Source: Octopus sinensis
Lineage: Eukaryota
Direction of reading: 5' to 3'
DNA length: 64,000 nucleotides
Assembly: GCF_006345805.1 (NCBI RefSeq)
Contig: NC_043014.1
Span: 47,740,001-47,804,000 of the forward strand
Positions 1-12,524 of this stretch are shown piece by piece. Both the position numbers and the translations under genes were made by a program. The notes below the pieces were generated by a model. That model was not told the DNA's origin and made no database searches. It was given only the letters and a program-made list of their open reading frames with translations. Numbering within the stretch: position 1 is the first letter of the stretch; every line of letters starts with the position of its first letter.

Positions 1-54
1 CCAACCCATGCCAGCATGGAAAACGGACGCTAAATGATGATGATGATGATGATA

Positions 55-85
<31 letters not shown>

Positions 86-390
86 ATATATTATATATAT
101 ATATATATATATACATATGTATATACTTATATATATATACATATGTATATACTTATATATATAATATATATATATATTATATTATATATATATATATATA
201 TATATAGATATATATATATACATATGTATATACTGTATATATATATACATATGTATATACTTATATATATATACATATGTATATACTTATATATATATAT
301 ACATATGTATATACTGATATATATATATATACATATGTATATACTGATATATATATATATACATATGTATATACTTAATATATATATAAC

Positions 391-421
<31 letters not shown>

Positions 422-740
422 ATATATATATATTACATATGTATATACTTATATATATATATACACACATATATATATATATATATAACATATGTATATA
501 CTTATATATATATATTATACACACATATATATATATATACATATGTATATACTTATATATATTACTTCACATATATAGATATATATATATATATACATGT
601 GTATATACTTATATATATATAATACACACACATATTATATATATATATCTATATACATATGTATATACTTATATATATATATATTCACATATATATATAT
701 ATATATATATACATGTGTATATACTTATATATATATATAT

Positions 741-782
<42 letters not shown>

Positions 783-1014
783 GTAATATACTTAATATAT
801 ATATATATACATATGTATATACTTATATATATATACACACACATAATATATATATTATATACATATGTAATACTTATATATATATACACACACATATATA
901 TATATATTATATCTATATATATATACATATGTATACTTATAATATATACACACACACACACATATATATTATATATATATATATATTATACATATGTATA
1001 TCTTATATATATAT

Positions 1015-1067
<53 letters not shown>

Positions 1068-1292
1068 TGTATATATATATATATGTATATACAATATATA
1101 ATACACCCACACACACATATATATATATATATACATATGTGCATACATATATATAAATACATATGTGTATACATATATATATATATATACATATGTGTAT
1201 ACATATATATATATACATATGTGTATACATATATATATATACATATGTGTATACATATATATTTATATACATATATACATTATATATATATA

Positions 1293-1323
<31 letters not shown>

Positions 1324-1345
1324 ACATATATATACATATATACAT

Positions 1346-1406
<61 letters not shown>

Positions 1407-1500
1407 ATATATATATATATATATATAACACTCACACGTGTGTATATGTATATATGCATAATATTTGTGTGTGTATATATATATATACACACACACACAT
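55..1500. repeat. Compound (TA)n/(CA)n/(TG)n microsatellite in GGT intron
   Basis: Directly visible; source of the spurious YIYI ORFs. Confidence 0.97.
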
Positions 1501-1646
1501 ACTCATCATATAAAAACCAATACTACTACTACTACTACACACAATCAGAAACACACTACAGGTAGCAAATATATTCACAGCAGCATCACCAGCAATACCA
1601 ACTATAGGGCTTACCCGTATCACATGCAAACTGCCTTGTCTTTTAG

Positions 1647-1890
1647 GTTTGGTGCCCAGATTTTGGGACGAAGGACTGGAATCTTGTTTAACAATGGAAT
1701 GGCAGCGTTCTCAACACCAAGCAGACACAATCGCAGTGCCTCAATAAACCAACCTCTCCCTAATTTGATCGGGGCCAACAAGTCTCCTATGTCCTATGTG
1801 TCACCAATTATTATGACAGACAACACAGGCAACACCAAACTGGTTATTGGAGCCTCTGGAGGAACTAAAATTATTTCTTCTCTCTCCTAT
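1647..1890 (+). CDS. Gamma-glutamyltranspeptidase-like protein, internal exon (small-subunit region); 5' exons lie outside the window
   Basis: ttttag|G acceptor, GTAAGT donor at 1891; encodes FGAQILGRRTGILFNNGMAAFS...NKSPMSYVSP...VIGASGGTKIISS, aligning with human GGT1 [22 protein letters not shown]...VVGAAGGTQIT. Confidence 0.92.
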
Positions 1891-2719
1891 GTAAGTTGGT
1901 TTGTCTTCTCTTTCTTTCTTGATGCTCAAACCAGAATCACAATTTTTTCTCTGTCTCTTCTATTACTATGACTACAATCGTGGCGATGCCAGAGCGCCAC
2001 GCCACTCGACTGGCTTCTGTGTCGGTGGCACGTATAAAAGCACCATCCAAAGGTGGCCAAGACCAGTGCCGCCTCGACTGGCTTCCATGCAGGTGGCACG
2101 TAAAATGCACCAATCCGACCGTGGCCGATGCCAGCCTGGCCTGGCACCAGTGCAGGTGGCACGTAAAAAAGCACCCACTACACTCACGGAGTGGTTGGCG
2201 TTAGGAAGGGCATCCAGCTGTAGAAACATTGCCAGATAAGACCGAGCCTGGTGCAGCCTTCTGGCTTCCCAGATCCCCGGTCGAACCGTCCAACCCATGC
2301 TAGCATGGAGAACGGACGTTAAATGATGATGATGATGAATCCCTACTTCTCCTTTATTACTAGTACAACAACCTCTACCACTTCTTTGTCTTACCTTTCT
2401 ACCCACATTTGACTTACTCATCTTCCCTCCTCTGTGTCTCAGTTCTCAGGCCCACACTAAACACCTGTCCAGTCCTATGTTTCACATTACTCCAGTTCAC
2501 TCAGCTGTAGAAATGAGTTACAACATCACAGGTGCCAAACTGTATCAGCCTCACCTCTCCTTTGTATAATATCAGTGGTCTGGAGAGGGATGATAGGTAT
2601 GCATGGGCAACTGCTGGTCTTCCACAAACAACCATGCCCAGACTTGTGTCTTGGACAAAAATTTTCTAGGGCCATACCATGGTCATTTATAACTGAAGGG
2701 GATCTTTGCACACACACAC

Positions 2720-2752
<33 letters not shown>

Positions 2753-2753
<1 letters not shown>

Positions 2754-2923
2754 GGCATAGGAGTGGCTGTGTGGTAAGTAGCTTGCTTACGAACCACATG
2801 GTTCTCGGATCAGTCCCACTGCGTGGCACCTTGGTCAAGTGTCTTCTGCTATAGCCTCAGGCCAACCAAAGCCTTGTGAGTGGATTTGGTAGACGGAAAC
2901 TGAAAGAAGCCTGTCATATATAT

Positions 2924-2963
<40 letters not shown>

Positions 2964-3171
2964 TTGTGTGTCTGTGTTTATCCCCCTAGCATTGCTTGAC
3001 AACCGATGCTGGTGTGTTTACGTCCCCGTCACTTAGCAGTTCGGCAAAAAGAGACCAATAGAATAAGTACGGGCTTACAAAGAATAAATCCCGGGGTCAA
3101 TTTGCTCGACTAAGGCAGTGCTCCAGCATGGCCGCAGTCAAATGACTGAAACAAGTAAAAGAGTAAAAGAG
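2753..3171 (+). mobile_element. tRNA-derived SINE family A (internal (TA)n/(TG)n linker)
   Basis: Head AGGAGTGGCTGTGTGG...GGTTCAGTCCC, tail ...GACTGAAACAAGTAAAAGAG; other copies at about 15801-16226, 19510-19905, 23690-24080(-), 25563-25963, 32465-32882(-), 33161-33800, 34484-34900, 45308-45625(-), 62124-62552. Confidence 0.85.
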
Positions 3172-3228
<57 letters not shown>

Positions 3229-3241
3229 GTGTGTGTGTATA

Positions 3242-4494
3242 GAGGGGTTGGACAAAATAATGGAAACACCTTAAAATTTCAAATAAATTTATTTTAATAT
3301 AGGGTAGAACCACTTTTGGCAGTAATTACAGCTTGAATTCTATGAGGTATGGACTCGTACAAAGTTTGAATTGTTTCCAAAGGAATTTTTGTCCATTCTT
3401 CAGCTAAAACAGTCTCCAGTTCTTGTAGTGATGATGGTGGAGGATATCAACTCCTTACTTGTTTTTCTAAAATGCACCATAAATGTTCAATAATATTGAG
3501 ATCTGGGGACTGTGGTGGCCAAATAAGATGTTCAACTTCACTAGAATATTCCTCGTGCCATTCAATAACAACTTTGGCTGTGTGAATTGGTGCATTATCA
3601 TCCTGGAAGATTGCGTTTCCCTCTGAAAACAGTTCTGCAAACATAGGATGAATTTAATCAGATAAAATGCTTAAATCGTCTTGACTATTAATTATGCCAT
3701 GATGGGAAACCATTGGACCAACGGTTTTCCAAGATATAGCCCCCCCCCCACTCCCAATCATAACAGATGCTCCTCCATCTTTAACAGTTGGAAGAAGGCA
3801 GTCTGTGTCAAATGCTTCTTTTGGCTGTCTCCACACGTATACTCTGCCAGTGGTCAGAAATAAGATAAAGGATGACTTGTCCAAGAAAATAACATTCTTC
3901 CACTGCTCTAGGGATCAATTCTGTAGGATTTTACTTCACTCAAAATGCTTTGCAACGTTTGTCTTTGAATGTCATGGTTTTCTGATTGCAGCCCTCCTAT
4001 AAAATCCAGCTTTGTGCACCACCTGGTGAACAGTTTTTGTGGAAACTGGATTCTTGAGGTCATTAAGCTCTGTAGTAATATTAGGAGCTGTACTTTTGTG
4101 ATCCTTTCTAACAATTTGCATAAGAGTCCAATGTTCCCTATCTGAAAGTTTTGGTTTTCTTCTAGAGTTTTGTTTTGACAAGGAGATTTTTCCCTCTTTC
4201 TCAAAGGCTGTCATTACTTTAGAGACAGTATTTCTTGATACACCAAACATTTTGGCTGTTTTCGTTATGCTAGTGCCTGCCATACGAGCACCAGCAATCT
4301 AACCTCTTTGAAGTCCAATAGATCTGTCATTTTAATGAATCCAAAAAGAAACAGCAATTTTAGCAAAACATATTAAGCAACACTAATAATAAATCAAAAA
4401 ACATGAAAATAAACAAGCTTTTGACTGTTTTATAGATATTTCAAAATTATGAAGCTATGATGCTAGGTGTTTCCATTATTTTGTCCAACCATTG
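3242..4494 (-). mobile_element. Degenerate Tc1/mariner transposon, DD36E type
   Basis: 26-bp TIRs GGTTGGACAAAATAATGGAAACACCT (3246-3271, 4465-4490); frameshifted transposase pieces: HTH (3972-4283), GRVYVWR/PTVK (3654-3884), FQDDNAPIH...SPDLNIIEHLW (3447-3644). Confidence 0.93.
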
Positions 4495-4933
4495 TGTGTG
4501 CACATAAAAAGCACCATCCAAACATGGCCGATGCCAGCGCCACCTTGACTGGCTTCTCTGCCGGTGGCACGTTAAAAGCACCATCTGAACATGGCCGATG
4601 CCAGCGCCACCTTGACTGGCTTCCATGCCGGTGGCACGTTAAAAGCACCAACCGATCGGGGCCGCTGCCAGACTCCCCTGGCACCTGTACCGGTGGCACG
4701 TAAAAAGCACCCACTACACTCGCGGAGTGGTTGGCGTTAGGAAGGGCATCCAGCTGTAGAAACATTGCCAGATAAGACTGGAGCCTGGTGCAGCCCTTGG
4801 CTTGTCAGACCCCCAGTCAAACCATCCAACCCGTGCTAGCACGGAAAACGGACGTTAAATGATGATGATGATGACATATATATATATATGTGTGTGTGTG
4901 TAAAACATAATATAATGTAGCATGTATACACAG

Positions 4934-5047
4934 GTGATGAACAATCTAGTGTGGTTCAATGACACTATCAAAGAAGCCATTGATGCCCTCAGAGTTCACA
5001 ACCAGATCATTCCAGCACAGACTAATACTGAAGACTACTTACCAAAG
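4934..5047 (+). CDS. GGT-like penultimate exon
   Basis: cag|GTG acceptor, GTGAGT donor; 38 codons VMNNLVWFNDTIKEAIDALRVHNQIIPAQTNTEDYLPK matching the GGT 'A(I/V)xxPRxHxQxxP' motif; phase 0 at both ends. Confidence 0.92.
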
Positions 5048-5708
5048 GTGAGTAAACAACAATGTTTTATTACTTCTCATTAATTAAATATATAAAGGCA
5101 GTGAGTTACCTTTATGTATTTAAATCATTAGCACACCTGGCAAAACGCTTTGCGGCATTTGTTCATCTTTATGTCCTGGATTCAAATGCCACTTAAGTTG
5201 ACTTTGCCTTTTATCCTTTCGGTGTTAATAAAATAAGTACCAGTTAAATGCTAGGGGTCAACGTAATCAACTTAGCACCACCCCCAAAATTATTGGCCCA
5301 GTGCCAAAATTTGAAATCATTGGCACGCTGTGCCGGTGGCATGTAAAAAGCACCCACTACATTCATGGAGTGGTTGGCGTTAGGAAGGGCATCCAACCAT
5401 AGAAACATTGCCAGATCAGGCTAGGCCTGGTGCAGCCTTCTGGCTTCCCAGGCCCCAGTTGAACCGTCCAACCCATGCCAGCATGGAAAGCGGACGCTAA
5501 ACGATGATGATGATGATGAGGATGAGGCAGTGATTATTATTGAGTGAGAGAGCAGTGTATACCATCAAAGTGACACTGGGCCGCAGATATGCGAAACTGA
5601 ATACCTGTATGACAAGGGTACCACCAGGCACAAGCATCACAACCATATGTGCACTACATGGTGATTTCATATCAAGATAAACAGCGCTATCGTCGTCATC
5701 GTCATCAT

Positions 5709-5746
<38 letters not shown>

Positions 5747-5811
5747 TTACTATTATTATTATTATTATTATTATATTATTATTAAATTCTGTGTATTTTC
5801 ATTTATTTCAG

Positions 5812-5955
5812 AAAGTGATTGAGAAACTGAAGAAATTTGGTCATGATATCACTAGTTATGGATCTCTTTCATTTGTCCATGGAATATACCAGAAAAATGG
5901 CACCTTTTCCGTTAACATTGATTATAGAAGTGGAGCAATTCCAGCAGGGTTTTAA
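5812..5955 (+). CDS. GGT-like terminal exon
   Basis: tttcag acceptor; KVIEKLKKFGHD...NIDYRSGAIPAGF-stop, equivalent to GGT C-terminal DSRKGGEPAGY. Confidence 0.92.
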   Translation, partial: KVIEKLKKFGHDITSYGSLSFVHGIYQKNGTFSVNIDYRSGAIPAGF

Positions 5956-7341
5956 AAGAGGCAATGCTTCTAAAGAGTAAGGGCAAAGAAATGAAATTGA
6001 ACCTACTTTCAAACATAATCTATGACCCTTCTAAACAAAATCCTACACATACCCATGCACACACACACACAAACAGATGTGTGCACTCACACACACACAC
6101 ACACATTTCCGCTCTTAATATTTACCCCATAAGATATATCACCCATCCCCAAAAATCTTATCACTCAATCCCACAAATATTTGTCTTCTACCCTCATAAA
6201 ATATACTCCACACCCAATAAAAATATATTCCTCATCCCTACAAAATCTATCCTACCCATCACAAAATATACCTCACCCACTGCATCAAAAACAAGGAATA
6301 CAACAATTTAAAAGTTTCAAAATGGACTTGTCCAAAAGGTAGAGAAAATTTTATGGATAGAATAGTAGATCAACAGATTTTGTAATTTGCTGGACAAAAA
6401 ATAGTTGCAATTCATTAGGTTTTGATTTCAAATCCTGCTGAGGTCAAATTTAGTTTGTTTTTTTTTTTGTTTCTGGGATCAATAATCAAAAAAAGTACCA
6501 ATCAAAAACTGGAGTTGATATCATTGATTTTTGCCCCTCACTAATTTATGGCTTTGTGTCATTGTTAGAAACCTATATTTTAGAATGGACCAGTCCATCA
6601 TCACTTGTAATTAGGGACATTAATTAAAGTTGTTAAACTACATCTAGTCAATTACAGTAAACTTCTCAACAAAAATTGAGGTCCTGTGAACTGCGAATCA
6701 GTAGAGCAACGAATTAAATGCCTTGTGGTATTTAATTACATCTTTTAATGTTTTGAGTTCAAATCCTATTGCAGTCAACTTTTCCTTTCGCCCTTCCAGG
6801 GTTAATGAAATAAAGTAGGAATCAAGTACTGGGGTTGATATAATTCATGGTATCCCTTCCAGAAAATTGTAGAAATCCCTACTGGAGGGTGGAGTGACAG
6901 ATATGGTACCTGTTACATCCATTAACAGCCATGTCACAGCATCACTTGCTGTTTTGTTACACCCTGTGACACACATGTCAGAGTCAGACATCAAATACCA
7001 TGTGGCATTTTCATCTCATCCTGATCCATTATGCCTTTCATCTCTTTGAGATTACTAATAAATCCAGTTAAATCCTGAGGGTTATTAGAATCAACTATAT
7101 CCCAATCTTGGCCTTGTGATTGTGTTGAAAACTATTATTATCATCACTCTGAGTTCAAATGCTGTTGAGGTCAGCTTGACCTTATATTCTTTCAGGGTCA
7201 ATAAATAAGTACTAATGGAGCACTGGGATAAGTGTAATTGTCAACCTCTCAAAATCGCTGACCATGGGCCAAAATTTCAAAGAATTATTATCATTTTTAC
7301 TATTATTATTATTATTATTATTATTATTATCATTATTATTA

Positions 7342-7825
7342 TTGAGTGAGAGAGCAGTGCATGCCATCAAAGTGACACTGGGATAAAATATACGAAGCCC
7401 AGTATACTCATCATGACTACCCGTCTGATAAGGGTACACCAGGCACATGCATCACAAACATATGTGCCCGACATGGTGATCTCATATCAAGATAAACAGC
7501 ACATGACCTTGCAGGTGGGGCCCAATTAGAATTTTCTACAGGTCGAGTAACCCATCCTGCTCAAATGGTCCCTGAATGAGGGTTGTTTAAGGATGTTGAA
7601 TAAAACACCCATGATTCCAGATGTGAATTATTCAAACCCCAAAGAATCCCTCTCAACACATGGCTATGATGCTCCCCCACTATTTCTGCTCATGATCAGA
7701 GATGCATATATCGTCAGCCACTAAGGGACATGCTCAACTGGTTAAGGTCAAACAACTGACAATCAAATCTGAGGTATTGAGCAGAATATTTGCTGTAGCC
7801 CATTTTTTATATCAAGACAAAACAT
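7342..7825. repeat. About 480-bp interspersed repeat embedded in (ATT)n tracts
   Basis: Closely similar copy at 8922-9478 and a fragment at about 5535-5690; both long copies have (ATT)n on both sides. Confidence 0.85.
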
Positions 7826-7836
7826 TATTATTATTA

Positions 7837-7891
<55 letters not shown>

Positions 7892-8349
7892 GGCAGCAAG
7901 CTGGCAGAATTGTTAGCATGCCAGGCAAAATACTTAGCAACATTTCATCAACCTTTACGTTCTGAGTTCAAATTCCACTGAGGTCAACTTTGCCTTTCAT
8001 CCTTTTGGAGTCAATTAAATAACTACCAGTTATGCACTGGGGTTGATGTGATCAACTTAATCCCTTCACCCAAATTTGAGGCCTTGTGCTTCCAGTAGAA
8101 AGAATCATTATTATTATTATTATTGTTATTATTATTAGCAAGGCAGTAAGCTGGCAGAATTGTTAGCATGCCAGGTAAAAGGCTTAACGACATTCATCCA
8201 TCTTTATGTTCTGAGTTCAAATTCTGCCAAGGTCGACTTTGCTTTTCGTCCTTTCGAGGTTGATTAATTAAGTACCAGTGAAACACTGAGGTTGATGTAA
8301 TTGACTAGTCCCCTTCCACTAAATCTCAACCTTGTACCTATAGTAGAAA

Positions 8350-8600
<251 letters not shown>

Positions 8601-8781
8601 CAGTAAAGGAATTACCTCTATGTAGATGCACAACTTACCATGAATAACAGCCAAATATCCCTCAAATCACACTTCACCTTCTTAAATGAAGACAATATAT
8701 ATTAGCTAATGTAGTCTTAGACTTAGCTGTATAAACATTATTTACATTTGACAGATATTTGTCCTCGTCTTGTTTGTTGCT

Positions 8782-8827
8782 AAAACAATATTTCAGCTGA
8801 TATACCCTCCAGCCTTCATCAGGTGCC
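8782..8827 (-). ncRNA. Degenerate hammerhead ribozyme (inverted copy)
   Basis: Reverse complement GGCAC-CTGATGA-aGGCTG...CAGCT-GAAAT-ATT-GTTTT; core intact, stem I weakened. Confidence 0.55.
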
Positions 8828-8872
8828 TTGGGTAAATTTCAAACCTGGGTCCTCCAAAGGTATCTTCCGATG

Positions 8873-8922
<50 letters not shown>

Positions 8923-9477
8923 GAGTGAGAGAGCAGTGCATGCCATCAAAGTGACACTGAGGTAAAATATATGAAGCCCAGTATACATATCATGACTACC
9001 CGTCTGATAAGGGTACACCAGGCACATGCATCACAACCATATGTGCGCGACATGGTGATCTCATATCAAGATAAACAGTGCATGACCTTACAGGTGGGGC
9101 CCAGTTAGAATTTTCTTCTGGTCGAGTAGCCCATCCCGCTCAAAAGGTCCCTGAATAAGGATTGTTTAAGGACGTTGAACGAATCACCCATGTTTCCAAA
9201 GGTGAATTATCCAAGCCTCCAAGAATTCCTCTCAACACATGGCTATGATGCTCCCCCACTACTTCTGCTCATGATCAGAGATGCACATATCGTCAGCCAC
9301 TAAGGGACATGCTCAACTGGTTAAGGTCAAACAACTGACAAGCAAATCTGTGGTATTAAGCAGAATATTTGCTGTAGCCCATCTTTTATACCAAGACAAA
9401 ACAATGTACATGATAACACTTCCAATCAGTTAAGATCAGAAGCCACGAGAGCCACTGCCTGGTACTGCATCAGGGCG

Positions 9478-9509
<32 letters not shown>

Positions 9510-9597
9510 CCTTATTATTCAGGTCACTGCCTGGAATCAAACTCGGAATCTCGGGGTTAGTAGCCCACGCTCTTAACCACTATGCCATATGCCCCAA

Positions 9598-9643
9598 GAC
9601 ACCTGATGAAGGCTGGAGGGTATATCAGCCGAAACATTGTGTT
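9598..9643 (+). ncRNA. Minimal type I hammerhead ribozyme (Penelope-like), one stem III substitution
   Basis: GACAC-CTGATGA-aGGCTG(gagggtatat)CAGCC-GAAAC-ATT-GTGTT: stem I GACAC/GTGTT, stem II GGCTG/CAGCC, intact core; stem III ACAT where palindromic ACGT is expected. Confidence 0.75.
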
Positions 9644-9833
9644 AACAACAAACAAGATGAGGACAAATATCCGTCAAATGTAAATAACGTAAATAATGTA
9701 CGTAATTCCTCATCTCTTAAATATAGAACTGTAATAGCTGTATAAAGACAGGGTTGTCATGGCTGGAACATTTTTCAGCAAACAGCAGGTTTGTCATGGT
9801 TGACCTGGGACCAAACAATAGCATTATTATAAA

Positions 9834-10225
9834 CTAGCAGTATCACCCGGCGTTGCTCGGGTTTGTAAGGGAAATAACTATATAAGCATTTTTAGAGATG
9901 TAAAGTATAATAGCCATCTCAATATGGCTCACCACAAAGGGGGGTGTTACTGTAGCTTTTTACGTTCTGAGATTTAATAATACATTTTTAGAGAGTTACT
10001 TCCCTTATATATGCCAAAAATGCATTAAAAATGGGGAAAAATGATGGTAAATTTCTTTTAAAATCGTAGACTCATTGTAGACGCGCGCTAATACCCAGAA
10101 GGGCTCGATATGAATCACGACTATAAGATACCCGGTTTTGGTTAAACTGCACCGCAAAATGTGGGAGTAGTTAGGAATCTAAATCGGAGTAGACAGACAC
10201 ACAACCTTACTTTTATATATAAAGA
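9834..10225 (-). mobile_element. Non-autonomous Helitron
   Basis: On the minus strand: A|TCTTTATATATAAAA 5' end, subterminal CCCG...CGGG hairpin, CTAG|T 3' end; homologous to 36890-37302. Confidence 0.85.
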
Positions 10226-10441
10226 TATATCAAAAAAGAGCAACAAGCTGGTAGAATCATTCAACTATTAAACATTATTTCTTCCAGCTCTTTACATTCT
10301 AGTTTTGAATCCTACCAAGATCAATTTTGCCTTTCTTCATTTTTGATTGATAAAACTAAAGTACCAGTCAAGTACTTGGGTCAATGTAATCGACTAAAAA
10401 CCTTCTTTTAGAATTGAAGACCCGGTGCTTAAATCGGAAAC

Positions 10442-10482
<41 letters not shown>

Positions 10483-10724
10483 TATAACGAAATATCCTTT
10501 AAAATATATTTCATTAATATTTAGATTAGATCATTGAAAGTGTTAATTAACGTTGTCAAAATATATGTTGTTTTTGTTAATGAGGAAACATAATGACCAA
10601 ATAAATAAAAACTTGCCTTTATTAATAGCTTTATAATTGGCATTTTTTGTTGTAATCTCATTACTTATTATGTTCTTTCTGTCTTTTCCTCCATCTTCTC
10701 TCTCTCTCTCTCTAGCTCACTCTA

Positions 10725-10794
10725 TATCTATCTATCTATCTATTTATCTGTCTGTCTGTCTCTCTGTCTATCTATCTCTCTCTCTATCTATCTA

Positions 10795-10833
<39 letters not shown>

Positions 10834-10834
10834 G

Positions 10835-10926
<92 letters not shown>

Positions 10927-10986
10927 TCTGTCTCTCTATCTATCTCTCTGTCCATCTATCTACTTCTCTATCTATCTATCTATCTA

Positions 10987-11018
<32 letters not shown>

Positions 11019-11090
11019 CCTATCTATCTATCTATCTATCTATCTATCTGTCTCTCTATCTATCTCTCTGTCCATCTATCTACTTCTCTC

Positions 11091-11169
<79 letters not shown>

Positions 11170-11302
11170 CTCTGTCTGTCTGTCTATCTCCCTCTCTGTC
11201 TGTCTGTCTATCTATCTCTCTGTCTACCTATCTCTCTGTCTATCTATCTATCTCTCCATCTATCTATCTTTCTGTCTGTCTGTCTGTCTACTTATCTATC
11301 TG

Positions 11303-11358
<56 letters not shown>

Positions 11359-11400
11359 CCTATCTGTTAGTCTGACTATCTATCTAGTTATCTTGCTATC
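10725..11400. repeat. (TCTA)n/(TCTG)n microsatellite
   Basis: Directly visible. Confidence 0.97.
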
Positions 11401-11904
11401 TCTTTTTCTCTGTATCTATCTGGCTATTTCTACATGTGTGTGTGTGTGTGAGTGAGTGAGTGTGTATGTGTATGTATGTGTGTGTGAGTGTGTGTGTGTA
11501 TAAAACCCTCTATTTCTCATTAACTATGCTCAAGCTTTCAAGCCAGCAAGAGCTTCTATAGAGCAGCCTGTCTTGCTAGAAATAGCAGCCAAATCTCAGC
11601 CTTTTATGACTCAGAGAAACTAACTATTTATATTGGCATCATCTATTAAGGTCAAGGTCATGTTGCTGATGATTGAGACTAGATTAAACTGAAGATTTGT
11701 GTCCGATTTTCCATCATTATGTCAAAGCTGTTTATTTGTCTTTGAGACTGTCTGAGTGGTTGAAGGAATGTAATGGGTTGGAGAGTAAAGAAAGACATGG
11801 TAAAAAGTAGTAAGGTTAGATCTCAGAGTGTTGGGATTCACAGATGACGTGAATTAGGATTGAGTGTAGAGATGTGTTGTAGAGCAGACATGTCTAAGCC
11901 TATA

Positions 11905-12145
11905 GAAGAAGGAGGAGAAGAAGAAGAGGATGAAGAAGAAGAAGAGGAGGGAAAAGAAGAAGAAGAAGAAGAAGAGGGAAAAGAAGAAGAAGAAGAGGAG
12001 GGAGAAGAAGAAGAAGAAGAGGAACAGAATGAAGAAGAAGAAGAGGAGGGAAAAGAAGAAGAAGAAGAGGAGGGAGAAGAAGAGGAAGAGAATGAAGAAG
12101 AAGAGGATGAAGAAGAAGAAGAAGGCGGTGGTGGTGGTGGTGACG
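11905..12145. repeat. (GAA/GAG)n simple repeat
   Basis: Directly visible; source of the poly-E, poly-S and poly-K ORFs. Confidence 0.95.
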
Positions 12146-12524
12146 ACTGGGAGGCAAACCTGTAAGACAACTGGGAATTTTAACAACACAACCTGCAGAA
12201 AGTTATAGACAAGTTTTGTGGCTGGGGCAAGGTACCAACCAGATAAGGTAACATGGTAGTGGTAGAACTATAGATAGAGCCAGAAAAACTACAAGAGAGG
12301 CATGGAAAGATTGGAAGAAAGCAGACAACAAATAACTTATACAATGTAGTTATAGATGATAAGTGTATGCAGTTTGAAAGAAGCAAAAAGCAGTATTCTG
12401 TAAAAAGAAGAGCAGAGGAGCAAGTTGTCTCAGTATTTCAGTGTAAATGGACATCTCAATATGAAGACAGAGAAGGCATTAGGTTCTTCATGCATAGACA
12501 TCATGATACTGAAATATCTGAGGA

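Larger units (their letters stand above)
8736..9734 (-). mobile_element. tRNA-headed, hammerhead-containing non-autonomous retroelement with inverted arm and a nested insertion
   Basis: 12-bp TSD TAGCTGTATAAA (8724-8735, 9735-9746); Pol III box A (9577-9587) and box B (9533-9544) on the minus strand; inverted arms each carry CTGATGA...GAAA. Confidence 0.75.

Noticed and set aside
143-1565. Long YIYI/CVCV ORFs (also 48454-49293)
   Set aside because: Translations of (TA)n/(TG)n microsatellites; these repeats simply lack stop codons in several frames.
1976-2338. Repeat-spacer pattern resembling a CRISPR array
   Set aside because: The spacers are homologous to each other and recur in many dispersed copies; no cas genes; eukaryotic intron. 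Kept only as a retroelement-structure finding.
10637-12208. LSIY-repeat ORF and poly-E/S/K ORFs
   Set aside because: (TCTA/TCTG)n and (GAA)n simple repeats; no splice or homology support.
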